DNA of 64,000 nucleotides from positions 1 through 64,000 of IMG/VR virus record IMGVR_UViG_3300028908_000007. One strand, 5' to 3'. Under the pieces are notes generated by a model, which had not been told where the DNA came from, searched no databases, and saw only the letters and a list, made by a program, of their open reading frames with translations. Numbering within the stretch: position 1 is the stretch's first letter; every line of letters begins with the position of its first letter. A program made the translations under genes and the position numbers. Below are positions 9,321-19,833 of this stretch, piece after piece. Source of the stretch: a virus.

Positions 9321-10866
9321 TATTAACAACTTGTTGTCTTTCTATAGAAGCTTTCTAGAGAGCATCGGAATCTATATAAATAAAGACGGATATTTGACAG
9401 ACTCGGATGAGAAAATTATAACGGGAATAACGGATATTCCATTCAAGCTTCCTACAGAAGAAGCTTTGAAACATGTAATGGTCCGAGATGAGTCTCGGGC
9501 CAAATCTTCCTCAGAGCCATATGTACAGCAATATGAGATATATAATCCTCTTAATGAAATGGCTATTCTTGGAGGAACACATACTCCAGATATCCTACTA
9601 ACAGCAAAATACCTTTCTGATAAATATTCCACCTTGTTACATCACGCAGTAGGCGAAGTTATAAATGGACTTGGAAAAGAAGATGTCGCTGAGAATAATG
9701 AAGCTGTGGAATTACTTCTTGAAGTATCTTCAAGAGTAAGAGGTGGAAAGGATGTAATAGACAAATCATCATACAAGAATGTTAATAAGATATTCAACTC
9801 GATGTTTACCGATGATAATGGGCAATATCCCTTGTCCTTTATGGTTTCCAAAGGCGGTACCATCGATGGAGAAAAGTATAATCGAATTATTAGTGTATCT
9901 GTAAATATCTATAGACATATACACGAAAATGACTATAAGGCACTACGGGTACGGTCAAAAGACGTTATATTATTGGATGCAATACTCCAACATATATTTT
10001 CCAATATGTCCGAAAGTGGTATTATACTTGTTGGTAGTAAATCCAAAACATCTCCGTCTTTTGATGGTTTGGTAGAAGCAGCAGATATTATCGGTAATAT
10101 GATTGCCAGTGCAAGTTCGTTTATCGATGATGCAGATGTTCTAAAAGAAATCATCGCTGAAGATAGAGTAGTAGAGCGATATAAAACATCGAAAGATACT
10201 CTTATCAGAGAAGCTAAAATGATTGCTCCAATACGACATAGGCAGAAAGAGAAGAATTTAACACAGAAGAGGGAAAGTGATATGCCTTCAGTGCCAGACA
10301 CACCACCAACTCCCACTACTCCTACCAGGGAGAATAAGAAGGACCCAAGAAGTTTCTTTGGGAAACCAAAGGAAGATCCAGTAATACAGAGAGAAACTCC
10401 GAAAGAACCAGCCAAAGAAACGACGATGAATACACCATCTACGCCACAGCAACAAACACAACAGCAATATCATCAACAGACACAACCAATACAGCAGCAG
10501 TACCCTCAAACACCATACCCACAGCAAACTATGCCATACCAACCCCAACAAACACAACAACCCTATAATCCTACTCCATACCCACAACAAGCACCACTAT
10601 ATCAAACACAGCCAATGCAACAACAGTATCCTCAGACACCGTATCCACAACAGACCACACCGTATCAAACGCAACCAATGCAGCAGCCATACCAACAGAC
10701 GCCATACCCACAACAGGTACCGCTATATCAGACACAGCCAGTACAACAACCCTATACTCCTACTCCATATCCACAGCAAACTATGCCGTATCAAACACAA
10801 CCAGTGCAGCAACCATATGGAGAACCTCCTCTGAAGAGAAACGCATCACCATTTGGTCGGTATTGA
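9313..10866 (+). CDS. phiKZ gp70-like core protein with Q/P/Y/T-rich repetitive C-terminal tail
   Basis: FY.SFL..IG, LPT, YNPLNE and KGGTIDGEKYNR motifs; low-complexity C-terminal ~150 aa. Confidence 0.6.
   Translation: MANINNLLSFYRSFLESIGIYINKDGYLTDSDEKIITGITDIPFKLPTEEALKHVMVRDESRAKSSSEPYVQQYEIYNPLNEMAILGGTHTPDILLTAKYLSDKYSTLLHHAVGEVINGLGKEDVAENNEAVELLLEVSSRVRGGKDVIDKSSYKNVNKIFNSMFTDDNGQYPLSFMVSKGGTIDGEKYNRIISVSVNIYRHIHENDYKALRVRSKDVILLDAILQHIFSNMSESGIILVGSKSKTSPSFDGLVEAADIIGNMIASASSFIDDADVLKEIIAEDRVVERYKTSKDTLIREAKMIAPIRHRQKEKNLTQKRESDMPSVPDTPPTPTTPTRENKKDPRSFFGKPKEDPVIQRETPKEPAKETTMNTPSTPQQQTQQQYHQQTQPIQQQYPQTPYPQQTMPYQPQQTQQPYNPTPYPQQAPLYQTQPMQQQYPQTPYPQQTTPYQTQPMQQPYQQTPYPQQVPLYQTQPVQQPYTPTPYPQQTMPYQTQPVQQPYGEPPLKRNASPFGRY
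10480..10820 (+). repeat. Coding tandem repeat, ~21 aa (63 bp) unit QTQPxQQxYxxTPYPQQxxxY, ~5 copies
   Basis: Visible directly in the translation. Confidence 0.85.
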
Positions 10867-10874
10867 GAGCATAT

Positions 10875-10902
10875 ATCCCCGCCCGAATAACCGGGCGGGG
10901 AT
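10875..10902. terminator. Hairpin terminator between convergent genes
   Basis: atccccgcccg/cgggcggggat 11-bp stem. Confidence 0.75.
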
Positions 10903-10906
10903 TATA

Positions 10907-11221
10907 CTATCGGAGTAATTTTTTTATTTTGTCTAAATTGGTCTGGAGTGGAATCTTGAACAATGTCGTTACGCCATCATAATCTTGGCTGGATGGTATA
11001 TTGTTCATTGCGAGAATAGAATATAATTCTACACTATCGATGTTTGGATTTATAAACCGAAGCAAACCAAATAAATCTCCAGTAAATGCTAGAGCTTCTG
11101 TAGGTGTTACTTCGAACGTATCATATTGGTTTATAGTGGAGAAATAATTTATAATTGTACGTATGTTTCGTTCATCATGTATTACTGGGTTTTCGCTTTT
11201 TATCAGGGAGTGAATTGACAT
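10907..11221 (-). CDS. Small conserved phiKZ-like protein
   Basis: F.GDLFGLL..LY.I..MN.I.S..DY pattern; convergent on a terminator. Confidence 0.55.
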   Translation of the reverse strand: MSIHSLIKSENPVIHDERNIRTIINYFSTINQYDTFEVTPTEALAFTGDLFGLLRFINPNIDSVELYSILAMNNIPSSQDYDGVTTLFKIPLQTNLDKIKKLLR

Positions 11222-11251
11222 TAACTCGTCTCTTTGATATATTTAATTGTT
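11221..11251 (+). promoter_or_regulatory. Putative phage early promoter (AACTCG...TTTGATATATTTAA)
   Basis: 28/31 identical to 26390-26420; lies upstream of an nvRNAP gene. Confidence 0.6.
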
Positions 11252-11275
11252 GTCCAACCATCTGGGAGAACTTTC

Positions 11276-13417
11276 ATGCTTTCAAAGTCCGATATGCGAA
11301 TTGAGCATAGAGACTTATCCATTCATTCAACCAATCCATTCGTGGAACATAATTCATCTCCACGATCTTCTATGTATGCTTCTCATATCAACCAAGCTGT
11401 AGTACTGGAAGAAACAGATGTTCCATACATACTAACTGGTGGTGAAAAACGGGTCGGAGAACTCACAAAAGATATTGTCATACCAGAAGATGCTATCGTC
11501 GAAGCATGTATATATCGATATAATGGTGTTGGTACACCAGCATCAAAACGAGTAGAAACTCTGATACTCTACTATGGATTAGAGTCTACTACACTAGACT
11601 ATATCGTTATTCCTACTTTTGATAAGAACCATCAATACTTTGGATATTATTTACAACAGACAGATATATTCACACCTGGTATGAAGCTATACAAAGGACA
11701 GGTTTTAGCATCTACCCCATCAAAGACAAATAAGGAAGGATGGTATGGTTTTGGACGAAATTTAAATACAGCCTTTATGGATATGCCTGGTGTCGCAGAG
11801 GATGGATTTATTGTTTGTGAAGATGTATTAGAAAAGCTAGCTTTCCACGTATTTGAAAGAAGAACACTAGCTTTGAATATAAAAGGAGATGATTTAGAAG
11901 GAATTCCATCTATAAACATTCCGCTGAATTTATATGGGGATAGTGAGAAATATAAAGTATTTCCAGATATAGGAGAACCAGTAAGACCTGATGGTGTTTT
12001 GATGTCTACTCGTAGGATACGATTCAGTAGACTGGCAGCAGAAGCCAGTAGAGAACGACTCATGGTTTCAGAAGCCAAAACCGATTATGAAATCTTTACC
12101 AGAAATAATAATGGAGTAGTTGTAGATGTAGAAGTATTACGACAACCATATCTCAACAACAGTAGTCTTTTACCTTATGTACAATTGGATCATTATGCAA
12201 ATCTTTTCAAGAGCTTTTATAAGAAGATACTTGACGCAGAAACCTTGGTACGTCAGAAGTACTACAAATCAAAAGGAGAACTTAGACTTTCCAATAAATG
12301 TATAAGTCTATTTGAAAAGGCAAGACTTTATGCGGGTTCTTTATATAATAGCTCATCCAGAGGTATCAAGGAAAGAGCAATACGATTTGTAGAGAGGAAA
12401 GACTATAGCGGAGATTATCGCTTGTCTCTTACAGTAAACCACAGACTAATACCAGGTATTGGTTCGAAGCTATCCGACCGTGCTGGCGGTAAAGGTGTAA
12501 TTGTAGAGATACGGAAACCAGAACAAATGCCAGTCGATCAATATGGAGTTAGAGCCGATATCATCGTAGATAAAAATAGTATCATATCCAGAATGAATCC
12601 AGGCCGGTATTATGAGCAAACCTATAATTATACAGCAATACATACTACAAAGAAAGTAAGAGAAATATTGAACTTGGGACAAACAGAGAATAAGGAAGAC
12701 GCTAGAGAAAAATTAAGACAGGTAGATGATGCAAAAAAGAAAGAAGCAATACAATATTTGAAAGGTCTTTATAAGATAGTATCTCCAAAGCAATATAGAA
12801 AATTACAAGATAGTAGAAAAAGTATCAAAGATGAAGTATTAGCCACTATAGTAGATAACGGTGTTTTTATATGGAAAGATATCTCCGATCCCAGAGAACC
12901 TCTAGATATTGTAAGAAAACTGATAGAATCCGATTACTATCCAAAACCAACAACTGTATCATGGATGGGTTTCGATGGAAATATAAAGGAATCCAGAAAA
13001 CCAATACTTATTGCACCTACCTATATTATGTTATTGGAAAAGATAGGCGATAGTGGGATGGCATCAGCAAGTCCATTGATAAATCATGTTGGTGTCTTTA
13101 CAAAAGCTCCAAAACAATTTAAACACAGATATCCAATACGTTTAAATCCAGTAAGAATTATAGGCGAGTCAGAAACCAGAGTAATTACTTCATATACTGG
13201 ACCATTGGGAATATTAGAGCTTTTGGATCAGGGATCCAGCTTGCAGACACATAGAGAGATTTATAAGGTCTTTCTAAACCATGATAATCCTACCAACATA
13301 GACAGGATATTGGATAGAGACAAGTTCATTTACGGAAGATCTACACCAATACAGATTGTAGAACATGTTTATTTCTGCCAAGGCATTCATGATTTCTTTG
13401 TAAAGTGTGAGGAATAA
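11276..13417 (+). CDS. Non-virion RNAP beta subunit, C-terminal part (phiKZ gp71-73-like), uninterrupted
   Basis: SSPRSSM, GRNL..AF...EDG, GSKLSDRAGGKGVI, SRMNPGR and R.IGESE beta motifs. ATG 11276 after GGGAG. Confidence 0.9.
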   Translation: MLSKSDMRIEHRDLSIHSTNPFVEHNSSPRSSMYASHINQAVVLEETDVPYILTGGEKRVGELTKDIVIPEDAIVEACIYRYNGVGTPASKRVETLILYYGLESTTLDYIVIPTFDKNHQYFGYYLQQTDIFTPGMKLYKGQVLASTPSKTNKEGWYGFGRNLNTAFMDMPGVAEDGFIVCEDVLEKLAFHVFERRTLALNIKGDDLEGIPSINIPLNLYGDSEKYKVFPDIGEPVRPDGVLMSTRRIRFSRLAAEASRERLMVSEAKTDYEIFTRNNNGVVVDVEVLRQPYLNNSSLLPYVQLDHYANLFKSFYKKILDAETLVRQKYYKSKGELRLSNKCISLFEKARLYAGSLYNSSSRGIKERAIRFVERKDYSGDYRLSLTVNHRLIPGIGSKLSDRAGGKGVIVEIRKPEQMPVDQYGVRADIIVDKNSIISRMNPGRYYEQTYNYTAIHTTKKVREILNLGQTENKEDAREKLRQVDDAKKKEAIQYLKGLYKIVSPKQYRKLQDSRKSIKDEVLATIVDNGVFIWKDISDPREPLDIVRKLIESDYYPKPTTVSWMGFDGNIKESRKPILIAPTYIMLLEKIGDSGMASASPLINHVGVFTKAPKQFKHRYPIRLNPVRIIGESETRVITSYTGPLGILELLDQGSSLQTHREIYKVFLNHDNPTNIDRILDRDKFIYGRSTPIQIVEHVYFCQGIHDFFVKCEE

Positions 13418-13420
13418 TTC

Positions 13421-15379
13421 TTGATAAACATCCGAGATTTGGTAACACTCGAATTAGACCAGCTACAAGGTAAAATTCCGTCCTACTTTACTCTCCTCAT
13501 GGAAGATGGAGAGAAACTAAATACTACTTTTGCTGAGGCTTTTCTAACTACTCCATGGCTTAGAGTCTTACGAGAGTATCCGAAAGTAGTAATTACCAAG
13601 AAATTATACATACATGAATATCTACAAAACAACTTAATAAGCATTGGAGATATAATCAAGCTAGCCTCTGCTATACGTAAGGCAATAATTCTTACATACA
13701 ATATTACAGACCCTAACGATATCGTAGAGTTAAATGATAAAGTAGCCGCATGTAGAAATGTATTCTATAACTCTATTATCTATCTAGAACCTTATATGAG
13801 TGGTGGGTGTTTAGAAGATTTTATAGAGATACATAATAATAAAAGAATAAAGAAAAATCTTTCTCAGAGACTACAATACACAGAATGGGTAGAACAAACC
13901 CACAACATCATTATGGACGAGTTAATAAAAGCAGATAGTATTTCTTTAGACAATGAAATAAGGAAAGCAATTCTAGCAAGAAATGTAAATACTACACAAG
14001 CATTACAATGTGTAGGTCCTAGAGGAGTATTAGCCGATATCGATGGTACGATTTACCCGACTATTATCACACGAGGATATTCAGAAGGTCTTGAAAATAT
14101 TGTATTCATGGCACTAGATAGTCGAATGGCTGCCAAAGCATTGTTCTTAGCAGACGATATGATCAGGAAAGCTGAGTATTTTGCCAGAAGACTACAAGTA
14201 GTAGCCATAGGTATAGAAAGAGCAGAAGGAGACGATTGTGGTACGAATAACTATCTAGAGTGGGATGTAGAAGGAATGCTTTATGAAGATGGAAGTGTAA
14301 AGAGTTGGGGTACATTACCCTATTTGATAGGATCTTACTATCTCGACGACTCTGGAGAACTAAAAAGGATAGAAGGAAATGAAAAACATCTTATAGGAAA
14401 GACTATACGAAAAAGATGGGTAGTAGGATGCAAGAATAAGAACCCGCATACGAAGTGTAGAAAATGTTTAGGAGATATTGTATACAACGTACCACCACAG
14501 GCAAATATAGGACATCTGGCTGCTGCTGTAATGACAGAGCAAACCACACAGCGTGTCTTGTCTGCCAAACATAAAATGGGCAGTACAATTGAAACAAACC
14601 CATTTATTACAGATGTAGCCAAAAGATATTTTCAATTTGAGGATGAAGCGTATTGGATAAAAGATAACACATATACACATATCGGTATCAATATACAACA
14701 GCTTAGGAATTTAAGTATGAAATCTATTATAGGTTCTGTTGAGATAGGTAATATAGATACTGTATCTTTGTATAAGGATAATGATTTAGAGAATCCAAAA
14801 CGTGTACGCATTATCAACACCAAAGGAGGATTGATTCTATCGAAGGATTTTATTAAATACATTAATAATATTACAATAAACAATAATGGAAAGGAATATA
14901 TATTTACATTAGAGAAGTGGAAGTTTACCAAACCTATCTTTAGATTGATACCAAAGGAATATGGGTATCAGGAGCACTTGGCCGATATAGAATCTGTGCT
15001 ATTTAGTCTATCGAAAAACAATAGCTATAGAAGCAATAAGATCCTCGATAGAGATCCTAGAGAAGGACTATTGGATTTTTACCATAAGATAAACCCAGAT
15101 CTACAGATGAATATATCCTTTTTGGAAGTTATAATCTGTGCATTGTGTGCTAGAAATCCCACAGTGGGAGACTATAGACTACCAATTGGAAATCCAGAAG
15201 CAAAGATGGTAAAGATATTGGAAATCTCCAGAAATCGCTCTAAGGCCCTACTATACACATATGAGAAAATGACAGATCCGATTTATAGCCCAGAGGGAAT
15301 AGGTTGTAAGGTAAAAGATGATCATATATACGATGTGCTTATCAAACCACACGATGTTTACAAATCTCTAACATCTTAA
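13421..15379 (+). CDS. Non-virion RNAP beta' subunit part (phiKZ gp74-like)
   Basis: Bridge-helix-like AEYFARRL, DDCG, Zn cysteines C..CRKC, trigger-loop-like EQTTQRVLSAKH. Confidence 0.85.
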   Translation: MINIRDLVTLELDQLQGKIPSYFTLLMEDGEKLNTTFAEAFLTTPWLRVLREYPKVVITKKLYIHEYLQNNLISIGDIIKLASAIRKAIILTYNITDPNDIVELNDKVAACRNVFYNSIIYLEPYMSGGCLEDFIEIHNNKRIKKNLSQRLQYTEWVEQTHNIIMDELIKADSISLDNEIRKAILARNVNTTQALQCVGPRGVLADIDGTIYPTIITRGYSEGLENIVFMALDSRMAAKALFLADDMIRKAEYFARRLQVVAIGIERAEGDDCGTNNYLEWDVEGMLYEDGSVKSWGTLPYLIGSYYLDDSGELKRIEGNEKHLIGKTIRKRWVVGCKNKNPHTKCRKCLGDIVYNVPPQANIGHLAAAVMTEQTTQRVLSAKHKMGSTIETNPFITDVAKRYFQFEDEAYWIKDNTYTHIGINIQQLRNLSMKSIIGSVEIGNIDTVSLYKDNDLENPKRVRIINTKGGLILSKDFIKYINNITINNNGKEYIFTLEKWKFTKPIFRLIPKEYGYQEHLADIESVLFSLSKNNSYRSNKILDRDPREGLLDFYHKINPDLQMNISFLEVIICALCARNPTVGDYRLPIGNPEAKMVKILEISRNRSKALLYTYEKMTDPIYSPEGIGCKVKDDHIYDVLIKPHDVYKSLTS

Positions 15380-15386
15380 TTTTCCT

Positions 15387-17171
15387 ATGTCTGATTTTAC
15401 CTTAGAAATACATAAATATCCGAGGTTCGTGGTGTTAAAAACCACGAACCCTACCATTCTTACTGATATGTATCAGTTAGTAAATAAGTTTTCTGTTTAT
15501 AATTTCTTTCAAAAGAAACAACTTTATAGTAAGAAAGTATCTCCAAGGGAAAAAGCCAATATAAAACCAGCCAGGTATTTTGGCGGTTTATACGATAACA
15601 CAGAGTTACGTTTTCATATATCCGATTACAAAGATATCAAACTCTGGCTTGAAGTAAACAATATAAAGAATATTGACGTATACGAACATGAGTGTTGTCC
15701 TGGTAAGGACATTGACCTTGAATTGAAAGAAGGATGGGTGCCTAGAGATTACCAAGTAGAACCGATAGAATGGATAACGAAACCAGGAGATAAGATACTT
15801 ACCTTTCAACCAGGGGATGGTAAGACATTTATGTGTGTTGCTGCATTATCGAAATTAAAGAAGAGAACTGTATTTGTCATAAAGCCGAGATATATCGACA
15901 AATGGATAGGTGATTTACAAGAGTTATCGAATACCACAGAAGATCGAATACTTCCAATACAGGGAGGCTATTCTCTAAATGAGTGGTTAGAAGCTTATCG
16001 TGAAGAAGATCAGGGACACGATTTTGTACTCATCAGTAACCGTACTTTCATGGACTATTTAAAGAAATATGAACAAGGTTTTGGATCTGATATCGATCCA
16101 CAGGATTATTGTAATGTGTTAAATGCAGGTATTCTTGTAGTTGACGAGGTCCATCAAGACTTTAACTTCAATTATAGACTTAGTACTTATACCACAGCAT
16201 GTAAGTTTATAGGGATGTCGGGTACGTTTATATCCTCAGATAGGGATATATCTTCCAAGATGTGGAGATTATTTCCTAAAGATACTAGATTAAAGCCAAG
16301 GACAAAACCAGCGTATATCGACATATATGCGGTTCGTTATAAGTTCGCATTTACACATATCCCAAAAGAATACCACTATACCTTGGCCGGTGCTTATAAT
16401 CACATTCGCTATGAGCGCTTTATAATGGCAAATATCTATAGACTTTACGACTATGTAAAACTTATAGAGGAGTACTTCCAAACATATATCGATCGTAGAG
16501 AAGATGGAGACAAATGTCTTATATACGCAGCTAGTATAATGATGTGTCATTTCCTAGCGAATTATATAAAACTAAATTACCCGGAATTTAAGACCACTAC
16601 GAAGGTCGAAGGAGATATCTACGACGTTATTATTGAAAATGATATCATAGTCAGCACAGTACAAAGTAGTGGAACTGCCTTCGACATACCAAACTTAATC
16701 ACCGTAGTACAAACGATGTCTATTGATACATCACAATCCAATTTACAAGCTTTGGGTAGATTGAGAGATCTAAAATCGAAAAAGATGGAGTTTTATTATC
16801 TCTATAGCACAGATGTCCAAAAACATACCACATACCATTTTAATAAGAAGGAACTCTTCCAATCACTAGCAAAGAAGTTTCGGTCTATTGCGTATGATAA
16901 ATCACTAGGTGATAGTTATAATGTAGCCAGGACAAATAAGAAAGTAAGAAGTGAAGTGGCAGAACTTGAAATACTTAGAGATTATATCTTCCTTAGAGAT
17001 ATAAAGATAAACTATCCTAAACAGATAAAACAGACAAAGGAAGCCATTACAAAATCGGCTGGTAAGAAAAAGGGATGGTTACGAAGAAAACTCAATAATC
17101 TTGAACGAGAGTATAGAGAGTATCTCTCTAAGGAAAAAGAAATCATCCAGTCCTTTGAGGACTTGTTCTGA
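15387..17171 (+). CDS. SF2 DExH helicase (phiKZ gp75-like)
   Basis: PRDYQ, QPGDGKT, DEVH, SGT, FDIPNL and QALGRLR motifs. Confidence 0.9.
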   Translation: MSDFTLEIHKYPRFVVLKTTNPTILTDMYQLVNKFSVYNFFQKKQLYSKKVSPREKANIKPARYFGGLYDNTELRFHISDYKDIKLWLEVNNIKNIDVYEHECCPGKDIDLELKEGWVPRDYQVEPIEWITKPGDKILTFQPGDGKTFMCVAALSKLKKRTVFVIKPRYIDKWIGDLQELSNTTEDRILPIQGGYSLNEWLEAYREEDQGHDFVLISNRTFMDYLKKYEQGFGSDIDPQDYCNVLNAGILVVDEVHQDFNFNYRLSTYTTACKFIGMSGTFISSDRDISSKMWRLFPKDTRLKPRTKPAYIDIYAVRYKFAFTHIPKEYHYTLAGAYNHIRYERFIMANIYRLYDYVKLIEEYFQTYIDRREDGDKCLIYAASIMMCHFLANYIKLNYPEFKTTTKVEGDIYDVIIENDIIVSTVQSSGTAFDIPNLITVVQTMSIDTSQSNLQALGRLRDLKSKKMEFYYLYSTDVQKHTTYHFNKKELFQSLAKKFRSIAYDKSLGDSYNVARTNKKVRSEVAELEILRDYIFLRDIKINYPKQIKQTKEAITKSAGKKKGWLRRKLNNLEREYREYLSKEKEIIQSFEDLF

Positions 17172-17181
17172 AAGATCATAT

Positions 17182-17238
17182 CCTCCTCACACCAGACTAG
17201 GTGTGAGGAGGTAGATCATACTGAGTATTTTTTTTTTG
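17182..17238 (+). terminator. Hairpin terminator with displaced T-tract
   Basis: cctcctcacacc/ggtgtgaggagg 12-bp stem; T-run at 17228-17238. Confidence 0.65.
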
Positions 17239-17249
17239 AGGGGTTTTGA

Positions 17250-17846
17250 GTGTCTGAAATAGCTTCATATTCGAACTATCGACCAAATTTACGGTCTGGT
17301 GATCTGGTAGCTTGGGGAACTGTCCCAGATAACTTATCTTTGTTTTCAAAGATTGTCGTATGGATCGTCACGAAAGCTTTAAGAAGTCCGTATTATCATG
17401 TAGGAATTGTATGGCGTACGAATAACAGAGTCTTAATAGTAGAGGCAAGTCCTCCAAGATGTAGAATAGACGTATTGTCTCGTCGAGGAGATTTCGTACA
17501 TATACCAATGCCTACTGTATGGAAGAAGAGTTCAGAAAACTACCTACTACAATATGTAGGTAAACCATATAGTATATGGGAAGCTATGTTAGTACCATTT
17601 AAGATAGGTGGTGTAAAGAACAGAGCATGGTACTGTTCTGAGTTGGTTTCGGATTTCTACAATGGACAAGGTTATTATATGGAGGGTATATCCCCAGAAG
17701 ATGTCTTGGTATCTGCAATCAAGGAGTATGAAACAGAATTGGTTCCTGTAGTAATGGAAGATGAAGATTCTCCAGATTTTGAAAAGAGAAGCAAGAAAAT
17801 TGCTGGTTTGGTGCAGAGAACGTTGAGGAAGGCCAATGTTACGTAA
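17250..17846 (+). CDS. Permuted papain-like NlpC/P60 (YiiX/YebB-type) amidase
   Basis: LRSGDLV, HVGIV, VEA, GKPYS and YCSELV; His precedes Cys. Confidence 0.85.
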   Translation: MSEIASYSNYRPNLRSGDLVAWGTVPDNLSLFSKIVVWIVTKALRSPYYHVGIVWRTNNRVLIVEASPPRCRIDVLSRRGDFVHIPMPTVWKKSSENYLLQYVGKPYSIWEAMLVPFKIGGVKNRAWYCSELVSDFYNGQGYYMEGISPEDVLVSAIKEYETELVPVVMEDEDSPDFEKRSKKIAGLVQRTLRKANVT

Positions 17847-18168
17847 GAGAAGTTTTTTCATTTGGGTAGGTTTATTACTGACGACTGTTTTGTGGCTTTC
17901 CACAGATCCAGATCTCGGACTATATCAAGATCTACCATTTGGTAGTTCTTTTGTAAGCCTTATTACGATTATCGTTTCTACCGTACCATGGTTGGTATTG
18001 TTACATATTGCAAGAAAAGCTTTATTCGATTATAAAGAGGCCGATATACGAAGAACAGCACTTATTGCACTAAAATCTCCTACAGGAGCAGGATTAGTAG
18101 TAGTAGGTATTGCTATTGGTATATTGGCTATTGCTATCATCATAGCTGCTGTGGCTGTAAATGTCTAG
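17836..18168 (+). CDS. Putative holin-like membrane protein (3 TM)
   Basis: 110 aa with three hydrophobic segments; overlaps the endolysin start. Confidence 0.5.
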   Translation: MLRKRSFFIWVGLLLTTVLWLSTDPDLGLYQDLPFGSSFVSLITIIVSTVPWLVLLHIARKALFDYKEADIRRTALIALKSPTGAGLVVVGIAIGILAIAIIIAAVAVNV

Positions 18169-18862
18169 ATTATTACTCACCATACTGTTACTGTATCCTC
18201 TTTTTGGGTACAGTAACAGTATGACGACATATATACCAGATAAAGCATATAGATACCTAGATGATGTCTATAATGAACAGAAACGAATATTTCCAGATCA
18301 TCCACTCCCTCCTTATTTCCCATCCCTAATAGAGCAAGAATCCTGCATACATCTAAAACATAGAAGATGTTGGGATCCTACCTCAGAATTGAAATCACAC
18401 AGAGAGCAAGGCGTAGGGCTAGGTCAACTAACCAGGACCTGGAGGAGAGATGGGTCTATACGATTTGATACTCTAACAGAACTCAGGAATAGACACATGA
18501 ATGAGTTACGAGATCTTACATGGAAAAACATAAAATATAAACCCGATCTGCAAATAAGAGCTATATTACTATTATACAAGGACAACTGGGATAAACTACC
18601 AGGAACTATAAAAGATCCAATAGATAGACTAGCTATGACAGATATGGCTTATAATGCAGGAATTGGTAGAATATTCAAAGATAGGAGATTGTGTGGTTTG
18701 AAGAAAAACTGTGATCCTACGAAGTATTGGGGAAATATGGAATATGTATGTACTGCTTCCAGGAAAATACTATATGGAAATAAATCAGCTTGTGACATTA
18801 TGAAGGATCATGTAGAAAAGACACTACTGAGAAGGATTTGGAAGTATGCGCGTATTTATTAG
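18161..18862 (+). CDS. Lysozyme-like lytic transglycosylase (endolysin) with N-terminal signal peptide
   Basis: IEQES catalytic Glu, GLGQLT and AYNAG motifs; hydrophobic N-terminus; several Cys. Confidence 0.8.
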   Translation: MSRLLLTILLLYPLFGYSNSMTTYIPDKAYRYLDDVYNEQKRIFPDHPLPPYFPSLIEQESCIHLKHRRCWDPTSELKSHREQGVGLGQLTRTWRRDGSIRFDTLTELRNRHMNELRDLTWKNIKYKPDLQIRAILLLYKDNWDKLPGTIKDPIDRLAMTDMAYNAGIGRIFKDRRLCGLKKNCDPTKYWGNMEYVCTASRKILYGNKSACDIMKDHVEKTLLRRIWKYARIY

Positions 18863-19424
18863 TTTCTTATTACTACTTATCACTAGCAACATATATGCAT
18901 CAGATAGCTACTATCTGGTAAAACCAAAAGGTAATTATTCTAAGAACGAACCAACTACTACAATATTATACAGAATATCGAAATTAGCCACTAATAAATA
19001 TAATAGGCCTTATATGGAACGTAAATACATTACAAATACAATATTACAACTCTCATATACAGTATGGTGTATGAATCAAAATAGAGGTATAGATATGGAT
19101 AAGATAGCAACGGATATTATGTATAAAGCACAAAATATAGAAGTATTACCTCTTTTACGAGAATACAGCGAATGTTGGGTTAGTGATAAACAAACCACTA
19201 GTATAATACTAGATAGAAACGATGATAGCTTCTTGAGAGCAATCAAAGCTTCTTTAAAAGCTTATAATAAAAAGGATTTTACAGATTATGTATTTAGAGA
19301 TGATAACGTAGGGAAATGTGAGATACATACTTGTGGTAGTGAGACTGATGAAGGATTAGAAGTACTATTAGAGAGACTTAGAGCAATTGCCAGAGAAAAA
19401 GGCTTTAAAGTTATAGATTTTTAA
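18846..19424 (+). CDS. Hypothetical exported protein
   Basis: Signal-peptide-like N-terminus; coupled to the endolysin gene. Confidence 0.5.
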   Translation: MRVFISFLLLLITSNIYASDSYYLVKPKGNYSKNEPTTTILYRISKLATNKYNRPYMERKYITNTILQLSYTVWCMNQNRGIDMDKIATDIMYKAQNIEVLPLLREYSECWVSDKQTTSIILDRNDDSFLRAIKASLKAYNKKDFTDYVFRDDNVGKCEIHTCGSETDEGLEVLLERLRAIAREKGFKVIDF

Positions 19425-19491
19425 ATTAATTTATTTTATTCGTATATATAAGGAGTGTCTTTAACATAAGTTAACCTAAAGGGGGTTTAAA

Positions 19492-19818
19492 ATGCCTAAT
19501 TCAGATGTTAGGACCTGGATGACCAAGGATCGGTATAAGAAAATATATGGAGAGTACCGTAGAGATGTGAAAGAATGGAGTTGTGATTGGACTGCGCAGG
19601 AGGCGCTTGGTGAAAAATACAGGGATGTGATGTGTGTAGTTAACCCGAACATGGAAGTCTGGCCGTTGGATCAGCGGCGTGGAACCGACCCTAGGTTCTA
19701 CTCACCGAAGAACATGGTATGGTGGTGGAGGACATACTACAATGTCCCCACCTATCGTAGGGAAGCGATCAGTTTGAGGGATTTTTATAAGAAGTCAGTG
19801 AGTTTGGATCCTTATTGA
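19492..19818 (+). CDS. Hypothetical protein (Trp/Tyr/Arg-rich)
   Basis: Own AT-rich upstream region and AAGGGGG RBS; followed by a terminator. Confidence 0.6.
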   Translation: MPNSDVRTWMTKDRYKKIYGEYRRDVKEWSCDWTAQEALGEKYRDVMCVVNPNMEVWPLDQRRGTDPRFYSPKNMVWWWRTYYNVPTYRREAISLRDFYKKSVSLDPY

Positions 19819-19833
19819 TCCAGACTTGCTAAT

